NCBI GenBank assembly: GCA_041746575.1
Contig: JBGTGT010000084.1
Location: forward strand, 1 to 64,000
Direction: 5' to 3'
DNA from: Microcystaceae cyanobacterium
Lineage (GTDB): Bacteria; Cyanobacteriota; Cyanobacteriia; Cyanobacteriales; Microcystaceae
DNA length: 64,000 bases
The notes beneath the pieces are model-generated. The model made no database searches. It worked only from the letters and a program-made list of their open reading frames with translations, and was not told the origin of the DNA. Below are positions 55,380-64,000 of this stretch, one piece after another. Positions within the stretch are counted from its first letter, which is position 1. Each line of letters starts with the position of its first letter. The translations under genes were made by a program, and so were the position numbers.

Positions 55380-55494
55380 TTCGTAATATTAATTTTCTTT
55401 AAATCTTAAATTCTGTTTAATGGGTGGGAGGAAATAAAATAAACTTAAAATAGAGACGAGAGAATCGGAATCAGGGAACAAAATTGAGGGAAGA

Positions 55495-57051
55495 ATGGAC
55501 AGATTTGATCAACTCCAACAACAATTAAAACATCGCTGGACGGGAGAAGATACTCTCGATCAAGATGATTATGACATCTTAGTTCTGCCCTCTTTTAGTA
55601 TTGATCAACGGGTCGGCCAAAAAATTGAAGGCTTCCTTCATTACGAAGAACGACTGCTTTTTTCGCTGATTCGTTTGCGTCATCCGAAAAATCGCCTGAT
55701 TTACGTGACGGCTCAACCCCTTTCACCCATTATCATTGAGTATTACCTGCAACTTCTCCCCGGTATTCCCTTTTCCCATGCTCGCAATCGACTCCTGTTG
55801 TTGACAACTTATGATAATTCTTTTAAACCCCTCACCCAAAAACTATTAGAACGTCCTCGTTTGGTGGCACGGATTCGTCAGGCAATGCGTCCTAATAAAT
55901 CCTATATTGTTTGTTTTAATGCCACCCCCTTAGAACAGGAACTATCTGCTCAATTAGACGTTCCTTTGTTTGCTTCTAGTCCGAAACTCAGTTATTGGGG
56001 GTCAAAAAGTGGCAGTCGAGAAATTTTTGCGGAGTGTCAGATTCCTCATCCCGATGGCAGTTCTCAAATTCATTCAGTTAAACAGTTGATTCAATCGTCT
56101 GCTGAACTCTGGCAAAGAAATCCAAGGCTTAAACGGATGGTAATCAAGCTAAATGAAGGTTTTTCGGGCGAAGGCAATGCAATTCTTGATTTAAGACCAA
56201 TTTTATCGGATAGTTCCCACGAGCTGTCCTTAGATGAACGAGAAAGACTAATAGCTGACAACCTTGAAAAAATGAGCTTTCAAGCAGAAGATGAAACATG
56301 GCAGACTTTTTCTCGCCGAATTCCTGAATTAGGTACAATTGTCGAAGAATTTGTTGAAGGAGAACTTAAGCGATCGCCCAGTGTGCAAGGGTACATTACC
56401 CCTCAAGGAAAAGTTGAAATTCTCTCTACCCATGATCAGATTTTAGGAGGTCCCGATGGACAAGTCTATCTGGGCTGTCGTTTTCCGGCAGATAGTGCCT
56501 ATCGTTTACGTCTTCAAGAGATAGGCTTAATTATTGGCAAATCTTTAGCTGAAAAAGGAGCAATGGAGCGATTTGGCGTGGATTTTGTAGCAGTCTGCCA
56601 AGGCGATCGCTGGGATTTGCAAGCCATTGAAATTAATTTAAGAAAAGGGGGAACAACGCATCCTTTTATGACGCTAAAATTTTTAACGAACGGGGTCTAT
56701 GATTATGCCAGTGGACTATTTTTCGGTACATCCAAACAAGATAAATATTATCTATCTTCTGATAATTTACAAAAACCGCAATATCGAGGCTTAATTCCCG
56801 AAGATTTAATGGAAATTGTTGCCAAATATCGTCTTAATTTTGATACCGGCACTAAAACAGGAACCGTGTTTCATTTGATGGGTGCTTTATCGGAATTTGG
56901 TAAATTAGGTTTAACCTGTGTGGGAAATTCTTGGCAGGAAGCAGAGGAGATTTATCAACGGGTGGAATCGGTTCTAGATGAGGAAACTCAACCCTTAGTG
57001 CTTACTCATTTTAAGGCGGATTCTTCTATTTTACCGATTACTTGGACTTGA
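55495..57051 (+). CDS. Peptide ligase PGM1-related ATP-grasp protein
   Basis: HYEERLLF, WGSKSGSR, KLNEGFSGEGNA, SPSVQ, FGVDF, EINLRKGGTTHP. Confidence 0.75.
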   Translation: MDRFDQLQQQLKHRWTGEDTLDQDDYDILVLPSFSIDQRVGQKIEGFLHYEERLLFSLIRLRHPKNRLIYVTAQPLSPIIIEYYLQLLPGIPFSHARNRLLLLTTYDNSFKPLTQKLLERPRLVARIRQAMRPNKSYIVCFNATPLEQELSAQLDVPLFASSPKLSYWGSKSGSREIFAECQIPHPDGSSQIHSVKQLIQSSAELWQRNPRLKRMVIKLNEGFSGEGNAILDLRPILSDSSHELSLDERERLIADNLEKMSFQAEDETWQTFSRRIPELGTIVEEFVEGELKRSPSVQGYITPQGKVEILSTHDQILGGPDGQVYLGCRFPADSAYRLRLQEIGLIIGKSLAEKGAMERFGVDFVAVCQGDRWDLQAIEINLRKGGTTHPFMTLKFLTNGVYDYASGLFFGTSKQDKYYLSSDNLQKPQYRGLIPEDLMEIVAKYRLNFDTGTKTGTVFHLMGALSEFGKLGLTCVGNSWQEAEEIYQRVESVLDEETQPLVLTHFKADSSILPITWT

Positions 57052-57165
57052 ATTATAAATTATCTAACGCAAATTTTTAGGTTAATCCCTTCAGAATTGC
57101 CTGAATAAAGTGCAATAAAGATCAGCAGAAAAGCACTTTTTAACTGTTTTTTGTTATCCATTTAT

Positions 57166-57181
57166 CGTGATCGAAATCACT
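57166..57181 (+). promoter_or_regulatory. CRP-like box
   Basis: CGTGA-TCGAAA-TCACT versus consensus TGTGA-N6-TCACA. Confidence 0.4.
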
Positions 57182-57259
57182 GATTTTAGAGCAGTAAATA
57201 AGATACTAGAAATAGGCACAGAAGCTTATCTTTTGTGTTTAGCAAACTTGGAATTTTTG

Positions 57260-57285
57260 AGTCACTGTTAATTCAGTGGCTTTTT
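57260..57285 (+). terminator. Intrinsic terminator
   Basis: AGTCACTG-TTAATT-CAGTGGCT-TTTT. Confidence 0.6.
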
Positions 57286-57531
57286 CTTGATGATATAAAA
57301 CTGAGTAAAAAAATAGATTACGACTAACTGATTCTAGAAACTTGTCGAAATAATTTAATTTATATCCTTTTAGGCGCAAACCTGATACCTCTAAAGTCAA
57401 CTTTTCTTAGAAAATTAGAAAATAAATAAAACGCTAAAGCTCTCGCCGTGATAAGCATGCGAATATTCATTTTATTTTAACTTAAATATGTAGTGCTAAT
57501 AAAATTAACGACTAATAAATCGAGTCAACGG

Positions 57532-58776
57532 TTAAATTTGATGAGACAACTTTAGAGAAGATAAATCTAGATCTTTATGAACTAAACTATAAACGATTGA
57601 ATAGGCTTCAAGTAAATTAATCAACCACGTAATCTTCTCTTGAGGAACAAATTTATAATTGTCGAACAATTGAAAAAGTTTCAACTCTAAAGTAGATTTT
57701 AGTTGAGGAGATAGCAAAATTAATTTCATTAATAGTCCAATCACTTCTGCGGAGTTAAAATAAGTCATTAAGCTAGGTAAAGAGGAAGAGGGGGGAGAAG
57801 AAGACGTATCAAGAATGAGGAAATTTAAAATTCGGCGATTGCCTTGCAATAGAGAAGACTTGTTGAAAGTTGGCTTAGACACCTCACTCAAAATAGATTG
57901 AAGATGCACAAAAAGGGACTGTATAAATTGACGTTGCCGATCCTGTGTAGAATATTCAATGAGATCACGAAAAAGATAATTTAAAAGCTCGATAGCAGTG
58001 AATGCTTGACTTTGATACGAAGGCGTTGACTGAGCGGTGTTAGCGAGTCGGTATAATATATCGTTGATTTGCTGATCACTCAGTAAAGTGGGATTAGTGA
58101 CTGGGCGCAATAAACGTCCTGCTCCCTGAGTCAACTGTCTGGCTTTGAGAATTTGCAGTAATCGAATGCGGTAAATGGCAAATTTAGTCAATTCGGCAGA
58201 GAAATGCTGACGTTTTTTCTTTCTCAGGAGACTGAGCATTTTCAGATAATCAGGATGAGCATCCAAGTTGAGAAAACTATACTTATATAGGAATGGATAG
58301 CGAGGAAGTAAGTTTTCTAAAGTATTTTGGGGTATCGGAACAATGGGACATTCCAAATCTCCCAGAATGGGGTTCATTACCCTTTTTAAAGGTAAATATG
58401 TGGAACTTTTGACAAAGTTTCGTGTCCATTTTTCAGGGCGGCTTGCATTCCGGGGGGCAATTTGGGCAAAAGTATCTAAGTGGTGAAATAATGCCGCGAT
58501 GATGAAAGGATTGGGTTGTTGCTGATACCAGTGGCTGATGAGGATTTGACAGCAATGGTTTAAGACTCGATGGAAAGCGTCTTCGGTCAGTTTTTCTAAA
58601 GTTGCTAAAATCTTTTGATCAGGAAAATCTTTTTTGTCCTGAGTCAAAGCAATAAATGCTTGAAGCACTTGTTCAGGGGATTGACATTGAACACGATCGC
58701 GGAAATAGTCACAAATTTCGTTGCCAGAGGAAAAAGTGTCTAAATATTCACTGCTGACAAATTGAAGTAAAGGCAT
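57532..58776 (-). CDS. Hypothetical all-helical cyanobacterial protein
   Basis: 414-aa ORF; RYPFLY and NPTLLS segments; co-oriented with the c-di-GMP genes. Confidence 0.65.
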   Translation of the reverse strand: MPLLQFVSSEYLDTFSSGNEICDYFRDRVQCQSPEQVLQAFIALTQDKKDFPDQKILATLEKLTEDAFHRVLNHCCQILISHWYQQQPNPFIIAALFHHLDTFAQIAPRNASRPEKWTRNFVKSSTYLPLKRVMNPILGDLECPIVPIPQNTLENLLPRYPFLYKYSFLNLDAHPDYLKMLSLLRKKKRQHFSAELTKFAIYRIRLLQILKARQLTQGAGRLLRPVTNPTLLSDQQINDILYRLANTAQSTPSYQSQAFTAIELLNYLFRDLIEYSTQDRQRQFIQSLFVHLQSILSEVSKPTFNKSSLLQGNRRILNFLILDTSSSPPSSSLPSLMTYFNSAEVIGLLMKLILLSPQLKSTLELKLFQLFDNYKFVPQEKITWLINLLEAYSIVYSLVHKDLDLSSLKLSHQI

Positions 58777-58830
58777 TTAATTACTCTCAAAAAAGATTAA
58801 TATTCGTCATCGTCTTTCTAAAAAACGGAT

Positions 58831-60582
58831 TTAGAGGATACTGGCTCTGTAAGTTTTTAAAAAGTCAGTTGCCTGTTCAACTGTTAGAGGACGACTGATG
58901 AGAAACCCTTGAATTTGTTCACACTCTAGTTGTTGTAGTAAGCAAAATTGTGCTGAGGTTTCTACTCCTTCCGCAACTGAAGTTAAATCAAGTGACTTAG
59001 TAGCAGCGATGATGGAAGCAATGAGGCGAAAAGCGTTCAGATCATTCGTAAGTTGCTGAACACAGGCTTGAGCAATTTTGAGCTTTTTAAAAGGAAATTG
59101 AAGAAGATGGGTCAAAGAAGAATACCCGGTACCGAAATCGTCTAGAGATAGGCTGATTCCTAATTGATTCAACCGTTTCAGAGTGATGCCAACCGAAGAG
59201 ATATTCGTTAGTAAAGACTTTTCGCTGATTTCCAATTCTAACCATTGAGGATCGAGTCCTGTTTTCGTCAGCACCTGTGCCACTAAATAGGCGAAACGAT
59301 CTAGTTCTAGCTGGCGATAGGAAAGATTAACACCTATTTTAAGGGGAGAGAGTCCAATATCTTGCCATTGGCGGTTTTGTTGACAGGCAGTTTCTAAAAT
59401 CCACTCACACAACGGTAATATGGCTTCGGTTTGCTCGGCAGCACCAATAAAACGATGAGGAGTCACTAAACCCCGCAGCGGATGATGCCAACGCAATAAA
59501 GCTTCCATCGCTACAATTTGTCCCGTTATGCGATCTACTTGCGGTTGGTAGAATAGGGCAAGCTGTTGTTGTTTTAGTGCATTGAGAAGACTGGATTCTA
59601 CTTTTTTGAGGGAAGAGATCTGAGTTTCAGAGAACTTTGAGGCGATTAAAGAATCACAAGAAACTGTCTGCGCTCTAGCTTGATCTTCTAATTCAGTTAA
59701 GGTGATCCCTACTTGGGGATAGAGTGCCATTCCTATCTTAAAATGGAGGGAAAGTCCCTCATGTTGCAGGTTTATCGGTTTTTGCAAGTTTTGAAGGATT
59801 CTTTGCTTAACTAAGTCGCCATCGGCAGGACTATTGAGTTTCGTCAAGAGAATCATAAATTCGCTATCTGCCCAACGAGCCACAATGTCAGCCGAGCGGA
59901 CACACGCGTTTAACACTTGGGCGACTTTTTGCAGAAGTTTATTAGCTAGATCGTTGCCCAGTTGTTGGCAAATTTCGGTAAAATCAGACAAATTTATGGA
60001 GATGATAGCCATTGAATAGTCTTGTCTCTCAGCATTCTTGAGAGCAAGGGAAAAGTGTTCTCTAAATAGCGTCTGAGTGGGCAAATGGGTTAGGGGATCG
60101 TTAAAGCTCAGAGATTGATGGGTTTCGTAAGGGTTCAGTTCAGCCTCTAGGAGTTCAGAGATGTCATCTAGGATTAGGGTAGAAGCATCGTGAACTGAGG
60201 ACAAATCCTTAATTATTCTTTTGTTTTGCAAAGAGTCTTGTATAACGTGATAACTCGCATTCACCCCACACCCAAAATTAATTAAATCTCCATTTTTTAG
60301 TTCTTGGGCTAGGCAAGATTTTCCGTTGATATATACTCCGTTATGACTTTGTTGTCCTTCAAGGTCGCCATCGATGATCCAAAAAGAAGAACGGTTTTGT
60401 TGAAGGTTTTGACGACGAACTAGAGTCGCATGATGACGGGATGCCTGTGGAGAATCAATCACAATGGCACTCTGCGGATGGCGACCAATAGAGTAAATAT
60501 CTTGCTCTAAAGTAATGTTTCTTTGACTTTTTGAGTCTTCAATAACCAAACAATAGATTGTATTCGTAGCAGTAGATTTCAT
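58831..60582 (-). CDS. FHA-GGDEF(degenerate)-EAL protein
   Basis: FHA (IGRH, SRHHA, SHNGVYING); ADSEF in place of GGDEF; EALLRW, DDFGTGYSS. Start moved to ATG 60582 behind GAGGTG. Confidence 0.88.
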   Translation of the reverse strand: MKSTATNTIYCLVIEDSKSQRNITLEQDIYSIGRHPQSAIVIDSPQASRHHATLVRRQNLQQNRSSFWIIDGDLEGQQSHNGVYINGKSCLAQELKNGDLINFGCGVNASYHVIQDSLQNKRIIKDLSSVHDASTLILDDISELLEAELNPYETHQSLSFNDPLTHLPTQTLFREHFSLALKNAERQDYSMAIISINLSDFTEICQQLGNDLANKLLQKVAQVLNACVRSADIVARWADSEFMILLTKLNSPADGDLVKQRILQNLQKPINLQHEGLSLHFKIGMALYPQVGITLTELEDQARAQTVSCDSLIASKFSETQISSLKKVESSLLNALKQQQLALFYQPQVDRITGQIVAMEALLRWHHPLRGLVTPHRFIGAAEQTEAILPLCEWILETACQQNRQWQDIGLSPLKIGVNLSYRQLELDRFAYLVAQVLTKTGLDPQWLELEISEKSLLTNISSVGITLKRLNQLGISLSLDDFGTGYSSLTHLLQFPFKKLKIAQACVQQLTNDLNAFRLIASIIAATKSLDLTSVAEGVETSAQFCLLQQLECEQIQGFLISRPLTVEQATDFLKTYRASIL

Positions 60583-60802
60583 AAAAGTCACCTCTTAAGT
60601 TCACTAATTTTATCGATTTCAGAAAATATCGTCCGTTTTTTGCTTTACAATGCTTAAAATGCCTCTTCGCCCATTTCAGCCAAGCTCGGAGGGCTTGTTC
60701 TTCGGTCGGGTAATTAAAACCTACGATTGAAGGACAATTAGACGAATTAAGGCGATAGTCCGAAACGTATAGACCTCCTTGAGGGCTAAATGAATAAAAC
60801 AC
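60539..60802 (-). CDS. Small hypothetical protein
   Basis: GTG start with GAGGGG SD; 3' end overlaps the next gene. Confidence 0.45.
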   Translation of the reverse strand: MFYSFSPQGGLYVSDYRLNSSNCPSIVGFNYPTEEQALRAWLKWAKRHFKHCKAKNGRYFLKSIKLVNLRGDFYEIYCYEYNLLFGY

Positions 60803-60917
60803 AATTTTTGTCCCCTCAGTATTAGGTAGTTGAAGAATTCTCCGTAAATGTAGACAAATCGCTATATACAGTTATTTAGCACCACAGTGTTAGGAAGCTA
60901 AGGCAGGGCAGCGTTTC

Positions 60918-61169
60918 TTACTGTAATTTTGAAAGCAAAATTAACTCGATTACTTCTTCAATCTTCTTGACAACATTTTCCTCTTGAAATTGAGTTTTTA
61001 ATTTCGTTAGCCTATCTAGAGCTTCAGCAGAATAAAGATTGCTTTGTTGTTGATCTCGCATAAACCTCAGGTAATCAGGCGATAACTCAGTGCTTTCCCA
61101 TTCTTTAAATAATAAGTAACTGAATTGAGTCTGGTTCAAAGGATGGCGATTCATGGTTGGATTATTCAT
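60918..61169 (-). CDS. Small hypothetical protein
   Basis: 83-aa helical ORF directly behind a CRP-type promoter. Confidence 0.5.
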   Translation of the reverse strand: MNNPTMNRHPLNQTQFSYLLFKEWESTELSPDYLRFMRDQQQSNLYSAEALDRLTKLKTQFQEENVVKKIEEVIELILLSKLQ

Positions 61170-61208
61170 CGGTAATGAGCCGGAGGATTATATAAAGTAA
61201 TATATAAA

Positions 61209-61251
61209 AATGTAACGAATATATGACGAATTTACCGTGACGTTTGTCACA
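61209..61251 (-). promoter_or_regulatory. CRP-type class II promoter
   Basis: TGTGA-CAAACG-TCACG, 21-nt spacer, -10 TACATT. Confidence 0.6.
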
Positions 61252-61320
61252 ACCGGTCAGTGATTAATCTAATATAACGAATGAGCTTTTTTTAAATTGA
61301 CACCGACTTAGCCGATAAAG

Positions 61321-63423
61321 TTACTTGTTTGTTAATAACAAGTGAGTGGATTCTTGAATGGTTAAAGGATGACTAAAAAAATATCCTTGCATTTCTTCGC
61401 ACTGAAGCTGTTTTAATAGTTTCATTTGCTCTTGAGTTTCAACGCCTTCAACTATCACTCTTAAATTTAACACTTTACCTAACATCATGATCGCCGAAAT
61501 AATGCCAGTTTCTTGAGAATTTTCTGTGATATTTTTTACGAAGGCAGAATCAATTTTTAGGGTACTAAATGGAAACTCTTTTAAATAGCTTAAAGAAGAA
61601 TAACCTGTTCCAAAATCATCCATGGCAACTTGCACGCCCATTTTACGTAATTGTGTTAAATTTTGGCGAGCAAGTTCGATATTTTTCACCAAAGCGGTTT
61701 CGGTTACTTCTATTTCGAGAAAATGATGTTCGAGTTGAGTTTCTTGTAATATTTGCTCAACTAATTTTGGTAAATGAGGTTGCTGAAACTGTCTAGCTGA
61801 TAAATTAACAGCCACTTTAACGGGAGTTAAACCTGCTTTTTGCCAAGCCTGATTTTGTTGACAGGCAGTTCGGAGAACCCATTCATCAATTGCCAGAATT
61901 AGCCCCGTCTCCTCTGCAATGGGAATAAATTTACTGGGGGATACTAATCCCAGTTTAGGATGTTGCCAGCGAATCAATGCTTCCATTCCCTGAATTTTGC
62001 CGGTTCTGATGTTGATTTGAGGTTGGTAGTGAAGTTGTAGCTCTTGGCGGCTAATAGCTTGATGAAGTAAGGTTTCTAGCTGAAAACGCTCTGAAGTCTC
62101 AAACGTCATACTAGGAAGATAAAATTGAAAGTGATTGCGTCCTTGCTGTTTAGTGCGATAGAGTGCCGCATCTGCATTTTTGATTAAGGTTTCTGCCTCT
62201 TCTCCATCTTGAGGATAGATCGCAACACCAATACTGGTTTTGAGGTAACATTCTTGATGATTAAGTTGAAAAGGGTGGCTGAGACTTTTTAAGATTCTTT
62301 GGGCGATTTTTGCGGGTTCGTCTGTTTTGTTGATGCGAGGTATCAGTAGCGTAAATTCATCCCCTCCCCATCGAGATAGCAAATCTCCAGCTCTCAACTG
62401 AGACTGTAAACGTTGGGCAAAAAGCTTTAAACTTTGGTCTCCCACTGAATGACCAAAAACATCATTAATTGTTTTAAAACCGTCGAGATCTAACATGAGA
62501 ACTGCAAGTGAATATTGACCTCTTTGAGCATTGGCTAAAGCGAGAGATAGGTGTTCATGAAATAAGGATCGATTGGGTAAACTCGTTAGTTGATCATAAA
62601 AAGCTTGATAATGTAAAATTTCTTCGGCTCGTTTTCTTTGGGTAATATCAAAAAGGTAAATTCGAATTGATTGACGTTCAGGTAAATAATGGATATGTTG
62701 CTCAAATACTTGCTGATCGATTTGCAATTCTTGAATCAACAAGTTTCCGTTGGGATGTTGATATTCATCAACTAAGTGGTGGAGCAAAGGATGTTTTTGC
62801 GCTAAAGTTATTAGATCAGGAAACTGAAGACGGGCGGCGGCATTCAAATATTTTAGATTTCTGTGCCAATCCAGTTCAAGAATTGGGTTTGGGCTAAGTT
62901 CGACTAGAGAGGCTAACTGTCCTTCATTTGATGTTGAAGAATTCAGCAGCGGCAAGTCAATAATTTGAGTCTGTCGATAATCAATGAGAGGTGCCTGTTG
63001 CAGTCTTGAAAAAGAAACTGAAATGGTTGGGGATGAAGAATGGGGAATGCCTTGTTCAGAAAGGCTATTAGAATCAGAATTAATAATATAATAGGTCGCT
63101 TTGACATCATTCCCAAAGCAAATGATATCTCCATGTTTTAAGATACGCTCTGTGCATTGAACCCCATTAACCCAAATCCCATTAGTACTTTTACTTCCCT
63201 TGTTATCTCCATCAAATAGAGTAAAATAATGATCACTATTTTTCAGTTCATATTGTTTCACAAGCGTTGCATGTTTTCGAGACAGATTTTCCGAATGAAT
63301 AACAATCGTATTATTAGAATGTCTACCAATTGAATAAAAATCTTTTTTTAGAGTGATAACCTGATTATAATAAGGAGAGTCAATTGCTAAAACGTGTTGA
63401 GAGTTGATAGATTGATTGGGCAT
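61321..63423 (-). CDS. FHA-PAS-GGDEF-EAL protein
   Basis: FHA (IGRH, SRKHA, STNGIWVNG); PAS-like SPNPILEL; RAGD-x5-GGDEF; EALIRW, DDFGTGYSS, KID, EGVE. Confidence 0.93.
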   Translation of the reverse strand: MPNQSINSQHVLAIDSPYYNQVITLKKDFYSIGRHSNNTIVIHSENLSRKHATLVKQYELKNSDHYFTLFDGDNKGSKSTNGIWVNGVQCTERILKHGDIICFGNDVKATYYIINSDSNSLSEQGIPHSSSPTISVSFSRLQQAPLIDYRQTQIIDLPLLNSSTSNEGQLASLVELSPNPILELDWHRNLKYLNAAARLQFPDLITLAQKHPLLHHLVDEYQHPNGNLLIQELQIDQQVFEQHIHYLPERQSIRIYLFDITQRKRAEEILHYQAFYDQLTSLPNRSLFHEHLSLALANAQRGQYSLAVLMLDLDGFKTINDVFGHSVGDQSLKLFAQRLQSQLRAGDLLSRWGGDEFTLLIPRINKTDEPAKIAQRILKSLSHPFQLNHQECYLKTSIGVAIYPQDGEEAETLIKNADAALYRTKQQGRNHFQFYLPSMTFETSERFQLETLLHQAISRQELQLHYQPQINIRTGKIQGMEALIRWQHPKLGLVSPSKFIPIAEETGLILAIDEWVLRTACQQNQAWQKAGLTPVKVAVNLSARQFQQPHLPKLVEQILQETQLEHHFLEIEVTETALVKNIELARQNLTQLRKMGVQVAMDDFGTGYSSLSYLKEFPFSTLKIDSAFVKNITENSQETGIISAIMMLGKVLNLRVIVEGVETQEQMKLLKQLQCEEMQGYFFSHPLTIQESTHLLLTNK

Positions 63424-63642
63424 AATTTTGCTGGATTTTATTTTCTGAATATCAAGAAAAAAATATAAAGCCAGATTTTTTAGTGTAATCGTGCTTTTAA
63501 GATTAATTCGATGACTTGTTCTGGCTTATTGAACAACAAGCAGCTAGCGTGAGTCTGGTTTGAGTAATAACAATATATATTTGAATGATTCATGGGTAAT
63601 AAAGACGAAGATCCGGTCTTCGATTGTAGTCTGTATACAGAA

Positions 63643-63685
63643 ACTGTAAAGGCGATTCCGTGAATTTACAATGATTCTCGTCACA
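63643..63685 (-). promoter_or_regulatory. CRP-type class II promoter (second copy)
   Basis: TGTGA-CGAGAA-TCATT, 21-nt spacer, -10 TACAGT. Confidence 0.55.
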
Positions 63686-63715
63686 TCCTATTGGTGATTT
63701 GGAGATTATTGATCA

Positions 63716-64000
63716 TTAATCAATGAAGTTATCCCCAATTTCCTGTAGCGAATAGCGATTACGTCCTGTTCGTTTAGCGCGATACAATGCAATATCTGCT
63801 GCCTGCAACAAAGTATCAGGATGAATCTCACTTCGGGGAATTGTTGCAGAGATGCCCACGCTGATAGTGACAAAAGAATTAATAGGAGAGAGATAATGAG
63901 GAATATGGGCTTGCTGAATGTGATTAACGATTTCCCTAGCGATCATTTGACCTCCTTCACTAGAGGTATTAGGTAAAATCAACACAAATTCCTCTCCCCC
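63716..64000 (-). CDS. Diguanylate cyclase, C-terminal part (5' end outside window)
   Basis: In-frame GGEEF begins at 64000; VTISVG, ADIALYRAKRTGRNRY. Confidence 0.9.
   Translation of the reverse strand, partial: GGEEFVLILPNTSSEGGQMIAREIVNHIQQAHIPHYLSPINSFVTISVGISATIPRSEIHPDTLLQAADIALYRAKRTGRNRYSLQEIGDNFID

Noticed and set aside
2791..63134. Numerous 60-130 aa ORFs nested in or antisense to recognised genes (e.g. 12537-12914, 34113-34496, 48656-49000, 52141-52479)
   Set aside because: These are shadow ORFs of well-supported CDSs with no independent motifs.
56700..64000. Absence of HIP1 as evidence of horizontal transfer
   Set aside because: A similar HIP1-free gap (about 22.1-30.5 kb) covers core genes, so the absence is not informative.
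1..64000. tRNA, rRNA, CRISPR array, prophage or defence island
   Set aside because: No cloverleaf, rRNA-like sequence, repeat-spacer array, cas gene or phage gene was seen by eye.

Overview
This is a 64-kb chromosomal segment of a unicellular (Chroococcales-like) cyanobacterium, judged from about 25 HIP1 GCGATCGC octamers and the presence of rpaB, ndhF4, psb29, ycf34 and hps genes. Most of it is housekeeping: glmM, scpB, pyrH-frr, ackA, CC-adding enzyme, rlmB/Mini-III, purH, menE, gmd-fcl, rnz, recR, uvrB, hfq, dapF, typA, cobU, rfbA, phoH and holB. Several features are not in the ORF track: a glutamine (glnA-type) riboswitch upstream of an uncharacterised 69-aa protein; a Yfr2-like sRNA; a Yfr1-complementary site over the glmM ribosome-binding site; a 167-bp MITE that splits a Uma2 gene; the start of an IS630-like element at the left edge; and probable ATT start codons for recR and a STAS gene. 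The right end (57-64 kb) is a c-di-GMP cluster: a diguanylate cyclase, two FHA-GGDEF-EAL paralogues and several unknown proteins. It carries two near-identical CRP-type class II promoters and a third CRP-like box upstream of a candidate sRNA. Other notable proteins are a stand-alone 1089-aa tubulin-like protein, an LRAT-PspA fusion coupled to mlaF/TGD3, a PGM1-like ATP-grasp ligase and a methyltransferase with a (CCT)12 poly-Pro tract. All family assignments come from motif recognition by eye; no database searches were run.
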